Shown here in pieces: positions 12,586 through 25,853 of a stretch of DNA of 64,000 bases. A program made the translations under genes and the position numbers. The stretch is from Octopus sinensis (taxonomy: Eukaryota). Position 1 is the first letter of the stretch. Each line of letters starts with the position of its first letter. The stretch is taken from NCBI RefSeq assembly GCF_006345805.1, contig NC_043002.1, forward strand, positions 9,176,001 through 9,240,000, written 5' to 3'. The notes under the pieces are model-generated. The model was not told the origin of the DNA. It made no database searches and saw only the letters and a list, made by a program, of their open reading frames with translations.

Positions 12586-13424
12586 CTGTGGAAAAAAAAA
12601 AAAATTGCTGATATATAGTCAATATGATTTTATATTCATTAAATAAACACTTCTAAATGAAACTGCAGCCACTTTGAGCATCAAATTACATAGCCATGTG
12701 AAAATGATGAAGTCTTTCAAAGTAGAAGGTGGCCTTAAGAGCAAACAAAGTGTTTATTGGGAGTAATATGTGCTAGAATAGACAGATAGACACAGGGCCA
12801 TGGCTAAGCTGCTGCAACCCCTGCGACCGCAAGGGGCCTCCGCAGTTGCAGGGAGGTCCCATTTTAAGATCAAAGTACATAAATGAATTATCTATTTACT
12901 TTGGTTAAAAAGTTAACTGAAAGTTTCAAGCCATATGAGGGAAAAATACAAGGGTGTACTGTAAATAAATTTAAAAGAAACAAAAAAAGGTAAATGGAAA
13001 AAGCTTGTCAACGAATTCCCTAGGGAGATAAAAGAAGAATGAGAGAAATCCAAAAAGTTCAACTTCAACAAAAAAAAACAAGAAAAAGAAGCAATGGTGA
13101 AAGGTGAGGATGTCTGCTTATACATACATACAAAAATACACACACACAGAGGGTATATACACACACACACACACACACACGGCTGGTAAGTGATAGATAG
13201 TCGTGTACCAAACATACATCTTTCTCTCTCTCTCTCTGTATAGCTGGTCACTTTGTGCCCAGATCAATGGCCTTCAACCTCCTAAGGCAATAAAAATTGA
13301 TGACAAAATTCTTTCTGTACCAAAAACAAGATGTGGGAAGGCATGCACACACACACACACACACACAGAAGTTTGTGTGTGTGTGTGTATGTATATGTGT
13401 CTATCTGTGTGTATATATATATCT

Positions 13425-13887
13425 ATCATCATCATCATCATCATCATTTAACATCGCTTTCCATGCTAGCATGGGTTGGACGATTTGACTGAGGTCTGAC
13501 GAACCAGACTCCAGTCTGATCTGGCAGAGTTTCTACAGCTGGATGCCCTTCCTAATGCCAACCACTCCGAGAGTGTAGTGGGTGCTTTTACCTGCCACCG
13601 GCATGAGGGCTAGTTTGGTGGTACTGGCAACAGCCACACCCAAATGGTGCTTTTTATGTGCACCTGCACAGGAGCCAGTCCAGCGGCACTGGCGACGACC
13701 TCGCTCGAATGTTTCACGTGCCACCAACACAAGTGCTAGTAAGGCGACGTGGTAATGATCACACTCGAATGGTGTGCTTAACATGCCATCAGCACGAAGG
13801 CCAGCTTGTTGCTCTGGCAACGATCTCACTCGTATGGTACTCTTAGCGCTCCACTAGCAACAGATGCCAGTCACCGAGTTTGATTTC

Positions 13888-13890
<3 letters not shown>
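13425..13890 (-). mobile_element. Family R copy
   Basis: (CAT)n, body, VNTR units and the gatttg junction on the + strand. Confidence 0.9.
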
Positions 13891-13929
<39 letters not shown>

Positions 13930-14815
13930 ATATATATATAATATATATATATATATATGGATACAGATATTGTTTGCTCACTGTCACCAAGCATCTCAAT
14001 TCTTCAGTTGTAACTAGTTTGTGGTCTCAAGGTATTTTATTTTGTAAGGTACTATTTTTTACTCAAATTTGTGATTTCAGAGAAATTCCTCAGGTTTTGC
14101 ATCTTAGGTATTCTGACATTATAGTTTGAAGTGTACTATTATCTAACCAATCAAAATATTGCAACAGCTAACAATGAAATATAGAATTAAAAAAAGGCTT
14201 TTTCAACTGTTCTTTTATTCTTTTATTCCTTTACTTGTTTCAGTCATTTGACTGCGGCCATGCTGGAGCACCGCCTTTAGTCAAGCAAATCGAGCCCAGG
14301 ACTTATTCTTTGTAAGCCTAGTACTTATTCTATTGGTCTTTTTTGTCAAACCGCTAAGTTACAGGGAACATAAATACACCAGCTTCGGTTGTCAAGTGAT
14401 GTTGGGGTGGGGGAGACAAACACAGACACACACATACACACACACACACACACAACACACACACTCACACACATACACATATATACAGCAGGCTTGTTTC
14501 AGTTTCCGTCTACCAAATCCAATCACAAGGTCGACTCGAGGCTATAGTAGAAGACACTTGCCCAAGGTGCCACACAGTGAGGCTGAACCTGGAAACCATG
14601 TGGTAGGGAAGCAAGCTACTTACCACACGGTCACTCCTGTTATAAAGTCTTTGAGAACATTCAGGTCTATTTTCCAAAAATATATAAATTGAAATAGTTT
14701 GCGTTTGTATCAGACTGAAATTTTTTTTTGTATTTTAATTCATACAAGTATTTTTTAAAGATTTTTTCTTGGCCCCTACATTTCATCATCTAACACCCAT
14801 TACTTCCTCTATCAC

Positions 14816-14884
14816 CTGAGAGCAGTATAGGTGGTGGCAGCGGCGGCAGTGGCGGTAGTGGTGATGCCCATGAGCTAGGAAGTC
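14816..14884 (-). CDS. Putative internal exon (69 nt), proline-rich, of unidentified minus-strand gene
   Basis: Acceptor aatgtttctag|, (G)LPSSWASPLPPLPPLPPPILLS, donor CAG|gtgata. Phase 1 at both ends; GC-rich island in AT-rich flanks. Confidence 0.55.
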
Positions 14885-14989
14885 CTAGAAACATTAATTA
14901 AATGAGGCCTCTGATAAATATATAACCCACACCATAAAAATAGAAAATAAAAACAGAAAATGGATAGTGTCAAAAGATTCCCCCACTAC

Positions 14990-15192
14990 CACCATTAATG
15001 TACAGCCATTTGCATTCAGAACACACCCTTGATATAATTTGGTACAAAAAGAAGTTATCTACAAACAGATGTATCCTTTCATTGATAACATAAAGCCAAA
15101 AGGTATGGGATAGGTAGTTTCTATTCATTGTTTGTGAAATGTGAACAAAATAGCTTCTTTCACTTCCTTTGACATTATTTACATTCAGCTGT
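14990..15192 (-). CDS. Candidate upstream exon option A (203 nt) of minus-strand gene
   Basis: Acceptor tttttttctcctcag|, 67 open codons (QLNVNNVKG...CSECKWLYING), donor G|gtagtg. Would join the 20132 exon in phase 2 and the 14816-14884 exon in phase 1. Confidence 0.3.
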
Positions 15193-15639
15193 CTGAGGAG
15201 AAAAAAATATTCCTTTCTATGAGATGTTTGTTATGTCCACCCTTTCTCAAATAAGAAAACTCTTAATAAACAGCACTTATGCACTCTCAGGTTTGTCAAG
15301 TCAAAGGTTCTGCTTGCATAGAGTCAAAATTGTTTTCTCTTATGTTTATTCTGATATCCAATGCACTCCCCCCAAAATATACAAGGAGACTGGGTGTTTT
15401 TACACATCAAACTTATTGCAAAATGTTTTTTCCTGCATGGAAAAATCTTTCTCAGAACCATATTAATGGCTGAAGCAGGAAGACCAAAAATGGCTTGAAA
15501 GTCATAACATGCTGGTGGGAAATAACATCACAAAGTGAGACAAGCTGACACTGAATCAGCTTCGCTGACTGACAGGTGACGGTCGTTTAGAGAATGCGAC
15601 TACACGCCTTCACTAGTCAGTTAAGGTGAGACAGTGTCA

Positions 15640-15963
15640 CGTGACAACTTGCTGGGGCTGCCTGCTGGAGCCTGTTGGCAGGTATTTAAAGGGGAAAATT
15701 TGACAAGTCAGTCAGTCACTGGCTGACACTCTCTGACGATACATCAAAGAGGCTAGGGAACAGAAGAAAGAAGAAGAAAGAAGACATGCACCCAACACCA
15801 GAGCTGAAGACACCTCCGAAAGGGAGGGGCCCTGCCACGTCAAAATGGTAGAGGAGTAGGGGCCGAAACCGGACGTGGTTCTTCCTGATGATGTCTTGAG
15901 CTAACTGGATCCTATAAAGGAGCTGTTGTAGTAGCAGACCACAAAACACGGCTGTAATTCCTC
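15640..15963 (+). mobile_element. Unclassified repeat X, copy 2
   Basis: Shared sequence with copies 1 and 3; TATTTAAA followed about 25 nt later by TCAGTC. Left boundary approximate. Confidence 0.8.
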
Positions 15964-16481
15964 CTTCACCACAAAAAGATCTAAGAGGTACAAAGAAACT
16001 CCTTGTAATTATAAGATTCGGTTTACAATCACAAACTGAAAGTGGAATATTTTTGTAAACTATCAGCAATGAAACTTTTGGGAAAAAAAGATGTAAATGA
16101 AGAGAAAAGCACCTCAGAATCATAAGTAATCTCCATATTTTTACACATGAAATCACAGAAAGGAAAAAGGGAATGGGGTTAAAAACCTTGAAACATTTTC
16201 TTTTGATTGTAATAAAAAATCTTTCTGAAGAAATTTGGACATTGCCCAGTCGTGTTGACATTTCCACTTTGAGCTTGAGATCACAAATGAAAGGTGATTA
16301 ACATGCAGTAAAGTAGTGAAAGTAAATTATCCTTAAAAATGAAAAATCTAGGTCTATAATCCTAGTTTCGACAATGATGTGCACCACAACTCAGTTGAGA
16401 CACCCTTCAAGTCAAGTATCCAATCCATGCAGGCATTGAACATGGTGGGAACTAAGACACAACTCTGATGAACCCCAGATA

Positions 16482-16880
16482 TCATCATCATCATCATCAT
16501 CATCGTTTAATGTCCGCTTTCCATGCTAGCATGGGTTGGACGATTTTGACTGAGGGCTGGCGAGCCAGATGGCTGCACCAGGCTCCAATCTTGATCTGGC
16601 AGAGTTTTTACAGCTGGATGCCCTTCCTAATGCCAACCACTATGAGAGTGTAGTGGGTGCTTTTTACGTGCCACTGGCACGGGGGCTAGTCAGGCGATAC
16701 TGGCAATGACCTCGCTCAAATTTTTTTACACATGCTATCAGCACAGGTGCCAGTGAAGCAACGTTGGTAACGATCACGCTTGAATGGTTCCCTTTTACGT
16801 GCCACCAACACGGAAGCCAGTTGGCTGCTCTGGCAATGATCACGCTCAGATGGTGCTCTTAATACCCTACTAGCACAGAC
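16482..16880 (-). mobile_element. Family R copy
   Basis: Same tail, body and VNTR. Confidence 0.9.
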
Positions 16881-16970
16881 AGTTTTCTTTTCATAATTTT
16901 ATTTAAGCACCAAGAAATTTGATAAACACTAAATTATAGGAAAGGGAAAAAGGCAGGTGCAAAAGTTTAC

Positions 16971-17118
16971 CAAAATTTTTTTTGAAGGGGGCAGAGGAAA
17001 GAGTTTCTGGAAAATTAAGTTTTGGATCACACGGCCCACATAAGTCGGAATTTCTCCATTTTGACAAGGATTTTTTCCAATTCTTTTCCAGCACAGTCTT
17101 TAGAATGATGGGAGGCAT
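16971..17118 (-). CDS. Candidate upstream exon option B (148 nt, begins with ATG) of minus-strand gene
   Basis: After a pyrimidine tract and AG, MPPIILKTVLEKNWKKSLSKWRNSDLCGPCDPKLNFPETLSSAPFKKNF, donor G|gtaaac. Phase 1 fits 14816-14884. Lies in homopolymer-noisy sequence. Confidence 0.3.
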
Positions 17119-18344
17119 CTTTTCACACAAAAAAAGGAAAAAACTTTTGAAAATCTATGATGTTTTTTTGGCCAACATTTTTTTTGGTTTTCACTACGCA
17201 CTTAAAACCCGTGAGAGAAACATTTTTGATGGAAAAAAAAAATTAATAATTTCAGAGGAAAATGTGTCATCTAAGGGAGATATAGCTGTTGTTTCTAGCA
17301 CATCCCAAGTCCTCCCCCCCCCCTCATTTCTTTCTCACTCTCACATCTATTAATGTTTTTCAATATTTTTCTCCCCAAAGTCGGTGAGCTGGCAGAAATG
17401 TTAGCATGCTGAGCAAAATGCTTAGCGGTATTTCATCTGTCTTTACGTTCTGAGTTCAAATTCCACCGAAGTCAACTTTGCCTTTCATCCTCTCAGGGGT
17501 CGATAAATTAAGGACCAGTTATGCACTGGGGTCGATGTAATCGACTTAATTCGTGCGTCTGTCCTTGTTTGTCTCTTCTATGTTTAGCCCCTTGTGGGTA
17601 GTAAAGAAATAGGTATTTCGTCTGTCTTTACATTTTGAGTTCAAATTCCACCGAAGTCAACTTTGCCTTTCATCCTCTCGGGGGTCGATAAATTTAGTAC
17701 CAGTTGCATACTGAGGTCAATGTAATCGACTGCCCCCACCAAAAAATTTCAGGCCTTGTGCCTAGAGTAGAAAAGAATATTTTTCTCCCCATAAACACAT
17801 ATTATAGAATGATAATGCCAAAGTAACTCACACATAGTCCATTCCTGGGATATAAGCAAAGAAAAAAAATGGTCATTTAAATTTTTATTCAAACCAAGTG
17901 ACCCCACCACCCACTTCCCACAATCATTGGAAAATGCTTTTATTTCATTGAATGAATTATGGTGACCTCCTACCTAATATGCCACAAAACACTTTTTTGT
18001 CCGGAAAACAGAGGGTGGGGTGGAGTGAAACCCTCGGAAATTTCCCCGGGAGACGCTTTTTCTGAACCACCAAAATGAGGGATTTGGACAAGACTTCCTT
18101 TTGTACCTCACCCAAAACACCCCTCTTTTTTTATTTAATTTTTTTTTTCTACACAAACTCTCGTTTTTGGCTAGAGAATATGAATCTGCAAAAAAATTGG
18201 CAAAAATCGGCATTTTGAAATTACACCCCGCCCCCTTAAATTCTTCCTTCTTAACTTTTTCAGAATTTTTTTTTTTTTTTTAAATATGCGGAAAAAATAC
18301 GGAGATTATGATTCTGAAAAAAATTTCCAAAGATTTTTCTACCT

Positions 18345-18397
18345 GGGGTTAGGGTTAGGGTTTCAGGGTTAGGGTTGAGGTTTTAGGGTTAGGGTTA
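18345..18397 (+). repeat. Interstitial imperfect (TTAGGG)n tract
   Basis: ggggttagggttagggtttcagggttagggttgaggttttagggttagggtt. Confidence 0.8.
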
Positions 18398-18699
18398 TGG
18401 AAAAAAATGAAAAATGAAGAAATTGGGGAGGAGGGAGTAAGGGAGTGCAAAAAATTTCAAAATTCCGATTTTTGGCAATTTTCCGGAATCTCCGTATCCG
18501 GAAACGTGGTTTTTTGGCAAAAAAATTTTTAAAAACAATAATTTTCAAGAAAATGGGGAAGGCACAGGAGGAAGTCTTTCCCGGATTTGCGGCATAGTAG
18601 GTCAGGGAACTTGATTCCACGCGAAAAATCCAAATATTATTATTTTTTTTTTTTTTTTTTTGTAAAAAGCGTGGGGGTGCACTTGTAAAAATTTACCAA

Positions 18700-19300
18700 A
18701 AAAATTTGACTACAGATTTCTTTGTAATCGTAATCTACACCGTTAGAAAGGTATTTGTAAAAAATTTCATCAAAAAATACCAATTTTCCTGAAAGTTATG
18801 AGGGGGGAAATGTTGAGTTGTGTGAATTTTCCGGAAATCCTCTCAAGCCCTCGGAAAAAATTTTTCCAGCAAATCTTTACATACACTCAATCTACAGGAT
18901 CTAAGCGATTATTTGTTGAAAGTTTCGTTAAAAACTATCCATTTTTCTGGAAGTTATGAGGCAACAAAGTCGGGGTGCAGGGTATACAACAGTAGCTGTG
19001 CCGGGAAAAATACACAAAACGAAACTTGAAATTTCGGGAAAATAATTGTCATGTATGTCTGTATGCACGTGTGCATGCACAACAATTTTTATTTTCCCCA
19101 TTAAATTCCGATACAGTGGTAATCGACACCATCTGATAGGTATTTGTAGAAAATTTCCTAAAACAACATCCATTTTTCTCAAAGTTATGAGGAAACAAAG
19201 TCGAATCGTGTAAGTGTGCCGAAAGTCCTTTCCTCCAGCCTTGAAAAGATTGCCAAGATCTTTAACAGCAAATTCCGATGTAATCGGAATCTACATCATC
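18700..19300 (+). repeat. Degenerate tandem of 160-230-bp units, possibly a Helitron-associated internal repeat; related sequence at 32990-33260
   Basis: Recurrent aatctac...gtatttgtagaaaatttc...ccatttttct..aagttatgagg motif at about 18727, 18888, 19120. Confidence 0.55.
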
Positions 19301-19418
19301 ACACACACACACACTCACTCAAACACAAACATACACACACACACACTCACACACACATACACACACGCGCGCGCGCGCCACACATACATACATACATACA
19401 TACACATACATACATACA

Positions 19419-19450
<32 letters not shown>

Positions 19451-19502
19451 CATACACACACACATACATACATACATACATACATATACATACATACATA
19501 CA

Positions 19503-19534
<32 letters not shown>

Positions 19535-19567
19535 CATACATACATACATACATAAATATATACATAC

Positions 19568-19645
<78 letters not shown>

Positions 19646-19652
19646 TATATTT
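19300..19652. repeat. Compound microsatellite (CA)/(TACA)/(TA)
   Basis: Directly visible. Confidence 0.98.
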
Positions 19653-20131
19653 TTACGGCGGCGAGCTGGCAGAAACGTTAGCAGAAATGTTAGTCTCTTA
19701 CGTTCGAATTCCACCGAGGTCGACTTTGCCGTTCATCCTTTCGAGGTCGATAAATTAAGTACCAGTCGACTTAATCCCGTTGTCTATCCTTGTTTGTCCC
19801 CTCAGTGTTTAGCCCCCTGTGGACAATAAAGATATATATATATATATATATATCAATTGTTTTCATATCCATATTCTGATGTAAAATTAGGCAAAACTGC
19901 ATTTTGAACTCATAAAGGAATGGGAGTGATGGAAAGAGAATTGCATGTAAGTAGATACATTGATGGTTAGGTTTATATATAGGTTATTAACAAGTAGCTA
20001 AACCAAAACAAACTCTAAATTACATACATTTCAATATTCAATACATCAGTTAAAAATAAATGCGTATTGAAAATTGAAAATATAAGATTTGTTAGTAAAA
20101 ATAAGCCAAGCTCCAAAATAAAAAGACTTAC

Positions 20132-20160
20132 CTGGTCACAATGAAATGACCAATGACCAT
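20132..20160 (-). other. 3' end of a probable 5' exon of the minus-strand gene (UTR or MVIGHFIVT start)
   Basis: Perfect donor ACCAG|gtaagt with the intron starting at 20131, in unique sequence. Confidence 0.4.
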
Positions 20161-20605
20161 TAATTAGTAGGATCGTTGACTAACAGCAAAAGGACACCAA
20201 AATGAGAACAATGCCAGCATCCAACATCTATTCTTATTTCGGTGAATTGAATTTAATCCTTGTCCAGTGCTCGTCTTGCACGGATGAATGCATGGTGAAT
20301 CACCTACTCTCGCTTAACAGAACATAGGAGAGACATTACATGGCATAACGATTGTTATATGCCTATGTGCGTGTATCTGGAAAGAGGTTTTATGGTGCGT
20401 ATGTGCATGTGTGCATCCGATTGAATGCAAGTGACTGTGTTTACAGTGCTCCTGCTGTTAACAAGATGCATGTTTATGTGCGTGCACACGCACACACGCG
20501 CACACACACAAGTGCGTGCATGGAGAAGGTTCGTTTATTTAAATGTTTACATCTATCAATGCTTGTGACAGAACACGCGCGGATACGCGTGGATTTGGCA
20601 GGCAG

Positions 20606-20613
20606 AGAGACAG

Positions 20614-20694
<81 letters not shown>

Positions 20695-20698
20695 TAGA

Positions 20699-20729
<31 letters not shown>

Positions 20730-20730
20730 T

Positions 20731-20764
<34 letters not shown>

Positions 20765-20793
20765 TAGATAGATAGAGAGATAGATAGATAGAT

Positions 20794-20867
<74 letters not shown>

Positions 20868-20893
20868 AAGAGACAGATAGATAGATAGCTAGC

Positions 20894-20972
<79 letters not shown>

Positions 20973-20976
20973 GCAG

Positions 20977-21017
<41 letters not shown>

Positions 21018-21018
21018 C

Positions 21019-21067
<49 letters not shown>

Positions 21068-21076
21068 TAGATAGAT

Positions 21077-21120
<44 letters not shown>

Positions 21121-21122
21121 GC

Positions 21123-21187
<65 letters not shown>

Positions 21188-21188
21188 C

Positions 21189-21219
<31 letters not shown>

Positions 21220-21270
21220 CAGACGGACAGACGGACAAATGGATAGATGGATAGATGGATAGATAGAAAG
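20606..21270. repeat. Large compound microsatellite (GA)/(GACA)/(GATA)
   Basis: Directly visible; another (GATA)n at 22405-22560. Confidence 0.98.
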
Positions 21271-22133
21271 GAAAGAGAAAAAATAGAAACTAAAGTGTGA
21301 GAAAACTAAACATTTACTTAATGTGTTACTGAAGGCGAATTAAGTTTGTTTTGAAAGCTTCTACGAGGAAAATAAAATAAATGTAAAACAGGGAATTGAA
21401 AGAGGCGGGGAAATAGAAAGATAATAGAAAGACGGACAAATGGACAAACGGACAGATAGATATCGAACCAAAAATATACAAGATGTAAATATAACATGTA
21501 AGCCTCACCTTAATTATACATGTTAATTCTACCGCAGTTATTACTAACAACCAGATCACACAAACAACTGTTCTTTCTTGTGGAAGGAAATTGTAATGCG
21601 TGTAGGTATGATCAAACAGATCGAACTGGATGAGAAGAAAGACATTTTAGTTCGATACAGCAATAATTATTAACTGATTCTCTTAACGATTAATTTAAGT
21701 CATTCAACGACAGTATTCTTTAAAGGATTTTTTTTAAAGAGCCTTTTTTTTATACAACACAAAATTATAAAGAAAAGAAAACATCTATAATTGGATTACA
21801 TATAAATACACACACACACGCGGCGAAATTTACACACACACTCTCTCTCTCTCTCTCTCTCTCTCCTTCTTCCTTTCAAGTGTTTATTAAATTCCAACTC
21901 CGTCTGACCCCCACGGAACTTTTCGAGCTGTCAAATCTTTCAATACACATTTGCAAACCTGACCCTTTTTTGCAGCACACTTCCTACTAATTGAACAATA
22001 CAACACTGCTTCTATCTTCTTTCTCTTATACATGTATTGAGTATATTTTCACAAACATTTCCGTGTGTACAAGTCAATCTGCCTGACCATGTGCGTGCGC
22101 GTGTGTGTGTGTGTGTGTGCGCGCGCGCGTATA

Positions 22134-22179
<46 letters not shown>

Positions 22180-22431
22180 ATATATATATAAAAATTAAAA
22201 TTAAAATGAGGGTGCAAAATTGGATATTAATTTGACAACATCAATTTTAACACCAGTGGTCTAGAATATAAAAAAAAATGAGATTCAGTAAATAGTATTT
22301 CATACATAAATATAAGAGGGAATTTTTTTTAACCACTATGTGGAAACCCTTATGCTAGAAGAAGATCCGCTATGGTCTCAACCACTAAGAATTTATATAT
22401 ATACAGACAGACAGACAGACAGACAGATGAC

Positions 22432-22495
<64 letters not shown>

Positions 22496-22498
22496 GAT

Positions 22499-22558
<60 letters not shown>

Positions 22559-22689
22559 TATGATTTATATAAAATATATGGACAGGGAGAGAGGCCGAAA
22601 GAATGCCTGTGTATGCGTAACTAGATAGGTGTGTAAAATAAAAGTGTATGTATGTCACCGTGTTTTGTATTAATCTCTCTTGATACGTT

Positions 22690-22865
22690 GCTGATAAACC
22701 CCAAATCGACCCAGATCCAACAGAGGCTATGATCAAAGGCATTCCCCATACAAGAAGTGGATGATATACATGGTCTTCTTTTTATGTCAGTAGAGTGTCA
22801 TTTGAGGAAGACCTGACCGCTATTTCTAGCAGGTTTAGTAATCGTGTTGAAGCTCCTTCGTTGTT
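22690..22865 (+). repeat. Dispersed old repeat marked by gctatttctagcag; decayed copies near 6290, 9500, 23610, 33900, 48975, 52310, 52820, 53760, 60120, 62720
   Basis: Shared ctatgatcaaaggcattcc...gatttgagg...gctatttctagcagg motifs. Confidence 0.65.
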
Positions 22866-23181
22866 CGTTTATTTCAGTGTGTATACATACTGCCGTTAAG
22901 GAATTCCTTAATATCTACCAAATTTGTTCGTTTATGTCATGTGGAAACCTTAATTATTTAAGCAGCTTTAGTACTTATTAATCCCCATTCTTAAGCGAAT
23001 GTGTGTGAGTTATCGTATTTAATACAAGTGTACGTATAAATCTTCTCTCATTAAGTCCCCAAATGCTTGTAAGTATTTTTAGTATAGTCACCTATTGTCA
23101 AGTGTATACACAGACCTGCATCTGTCTGTATGTATGTACCCTTAATTCGCATATACAATCCATAACCACCCTGTTTTTTGT

Positions 23182-23580
23182 TTACTCTTTTACTCTTTTA
23201 CTTGTTTCAGTCATTTGACTGCGGCCATGCTGGAGCACCGCCTTTAATCGAGCAACTCGACCCCGGGACTTATTCTTTTGTAGGCCCAGTACTTATTCTA
23301 TCGGTCTCTTTTGCCGAACCGCTAAGTAACGGGGACGTAAACACACCAGCATCGGTTGTCAAGCAATGCTTGGGGGACAAACACAGACACACACACATAT
23401 ATATATATACATATATACAACGGGCTTCTTTCAGTTTCCGTCTACCAAATCCACTCACAAGGCTTTGGTCGGCCCAAGGCTATAGTAGAAGACACTTGCC
23501 CAAGGTACCACGCAGTGGGACTGAACCCGGAACCATGTGGTTGGTAAACAAGCTACTTACCACACAGCCACTCCTACGCC
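23182..23580 (-). mobile_element. CORE-like tRNA SINE copy
   Basis: Same family. Confidence 0.85.
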
Positions 23581-24270
23581 TGTTTAATTTTCTTCTCTTT
23601 TTTTTTTTTTTGTATATCTGGAACTCCATTGTCCGCTGTATCCTTTATTTAAGACGGTAGATTTGACAGCTATTTCTAGCAAGTCGACTGCTCATGGGGC
23701 ACCGTCGTGTTATTTAAACAACTAAACAAGCTATTTTTTAAAAGCTTTTTTCTTTTTTAATGTGAGAAAACACAAAAATGTGCCAGTGAAGGCTAAAGAA
23801 CTATGAGCTGTGTGCAAGGAGACTTTCGTGACAAAAACTCTATTAACTCTACGGCGGTGTCCTTTTAAGAGACATCCAGATTTTTAATTGTAATTTGTCG
23901 GTAGGAGTAGATCTAGAAAACCATGTCACATCTGATAACAATGACGCCCGTTTATTTCCATTATTTTACTAATACAGTAAATAATTTCCATTTAGTATTT
24001 ATTTAGCTTTCTTTTACAAATGCTATTCTAAAAGATTGCAAGAAAAACTAAACTATTAAATGATAATAAGAAATCTTTTTACGCATAAATTTCATATAAT
24101 TCATGACTAACAATAAATTGAACATCTCAGAGCAGACGTTAGAAAAGAAACAGTAAATAGGAGCTTAAAGAACAACTTCAAAAAGCACCAACACTTGACT
24201 GAATAAGGTTCTAGAAATCGAAGGTGATCAGAAAAATTACAGCTCAGTGGCCCTGCTACTGAACCAACAG

Positions 24271-24593
24271 TGGAGGCGCAATGGCCCAGTGGTTAGGGCA
24301 GTGGACTCGCGGTCGGAGGATCGCGGTTTCGATTCCCAGACCGGGCGTTGTGTGTATTTATTGAGCAAAAACACCTAAAGCTCCACGAGGTTCCGGCAGG
24401 GGGGGGGCGATCCCTGTTGTACCCTTTCGCTCCAACTTTCTCTCTCTCTTTCTTCCTGTTTCTTGTCCCCGACTTCCTACGCAACCGCTGAGCATGGATA
24501 CGCATTCATCCATCCGTCGATGCTCTCGGTGTCGGGGGTTGACCTGCGGGTCTTACGAATAGCAAAGGACCACGTATCGGACGTATCGTATCA
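24271..24593 (+). mobile_element. Third tRNA-derived SINE (tRNA-Arg-like head, possibly OR1-like); inverted copy 10740-11032; related head at 49168-49370
   Basis: TGGCCCAGTGGTTAGG A box, GGTTTCGATTCC B box; 13-bp TSD ACTGAA(C/A)CAACAG. Confidence 0.8.
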
Positions 24594-25288
24594 GACTGAA
24601 ACAACAGTATATGAAATTTCGGATGCGGGAATCACAGGAACAACAAAATTCATGAAACTCAATGATCTTCATTAATGGTTTACTTCGACCAAGGATGAAC
24701 TCCTACATTGGATCCTTAAAGGTTTTTCAGAGTGTCCACATTAAAACAGTATACAATATAGATATATTGTTCAAAGGGTCTTTTCACAATCCAGAAAAGT
24801 AATTGGTGAAGTATACGATCGGGAATAGATAGAGGACTCAAAATCTAGTTCTGTTTACTGCGTTGTTCACAGGTTTTCCTTTTTCCAACATCAACTGCAG
24901 TACCAGTTCTGGTGGGGATGTTAACAAAAATCTCACTGTAATTCAAAGGCAAGAAAATTTTGAAGATCAAAGAACAACTTTTCTCGCAAGAGAGCGTGGT
25001 TTAACCTTAAGACTCAAGGCCGAATAGACCAAAGGTACTGGATGCAGCCGCATGTTTGTGCGTAATTTCAATGATACGCAGATGAGCAGCAGTTCATAAT
25101 CTTAGCTTTCAGAGAAGACTAAAATTTTTGGATAAAAAAATATCAGCAAGTATTCCAGTTTGTTAGAATTCTTTCTTTTATTCTGTTTTAGTCATTGGAC
25201 TGCGGCCATGTAGCGGCACTGTCTTGAAGGTTTTGATTGATCAAATTGACCCCAGGATTTAGGTTAAGTTTGTACTTATTCTATTGGT

Positions 25289-25853
25289 GGAAGAAGTTTC
25301 GTGGGAATATGTGGATTTCACAAGCGGTCCCCAACAATCCCGCATGTAGAGACATCCTGTTTGCCGCAGATTGTCCGCAGACGCAGGACAGAACGACAGA
25401 GGAGCCGCCGGTTGCCGAAGTAGACACTCCGAGGATTTTCACCAGAGCTGGGTTCTGCTGGGTTGTGGCCCTAATACCACTCGGTGTCAGACCAATCCAC
25501 CTTGGGTGGCCCTACCAGGAACCGAAGTTCCCGATGGCATAACTCTGACACTACCCGTTGCCAGCGTCCCCACCACGGTGAGGAGGGGATGGACTTTAGG
25601 GAGCCGTGATGTCCTTCTCCCAACTCCACTTCGGGCAGCTGAAGACCTGGGTTACGACGATCAAGGAGGACCTCTCACGGGACCACAGGTGGTCAGCCTT
25701 CGCCGATGGAACCGTGACTGGCTCGATATCTCCAGTGAACTGGCGCAGGACCGTCGTGCGTAGGCTGCCATGGTTCGAGATGCCTCGAGGGTGGTAGAAG
25801 AAGCCGACTCAACCCACCCAGGGTAAATGTCGCCACAAGTACAAATAAGTAAG
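25289..25853 (+). mobile_element. Internally deleted (bipartite) RTE element inserted in a decayed SINE
   Basis: 13-bp TSD TTATTCTA(T/C)TGGT at 25276 and 25854; RTE C-terminal remnants (KTWVTTIKEDL, LAQDRRA); CAAGTA-type tail; 5' part resembles an RTE 5' UTR. Confidence 0.75.

Noticed and set aside
18345-18397. Telomere or chromosome-fusion site
   Set aside because: Short imperfect tract; similar TTAGGG runs are an internal part of MITEs at 26285, 35975 and 51165.
19214-21238. Long ORFs (HTYI, MYVC, YLSI repeats)
   Set aside because: Translations of microsatellites; the same applies to ORFs at 22350, 27013, 41287-41709 and 48780.
24271-24345. tRNA gene
   Set aside because: The tRNA-like head lacks a complete acceptor stem and continues into a SINE body with a TSD; the same holds for the heads at 35089, 49168 and 51494.
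24120-25140. Coding-like AT-rich stretch on the plus strand
   Set aside because: Frames are broken by stops and I recognise no motif; cannot be assigned without a search.
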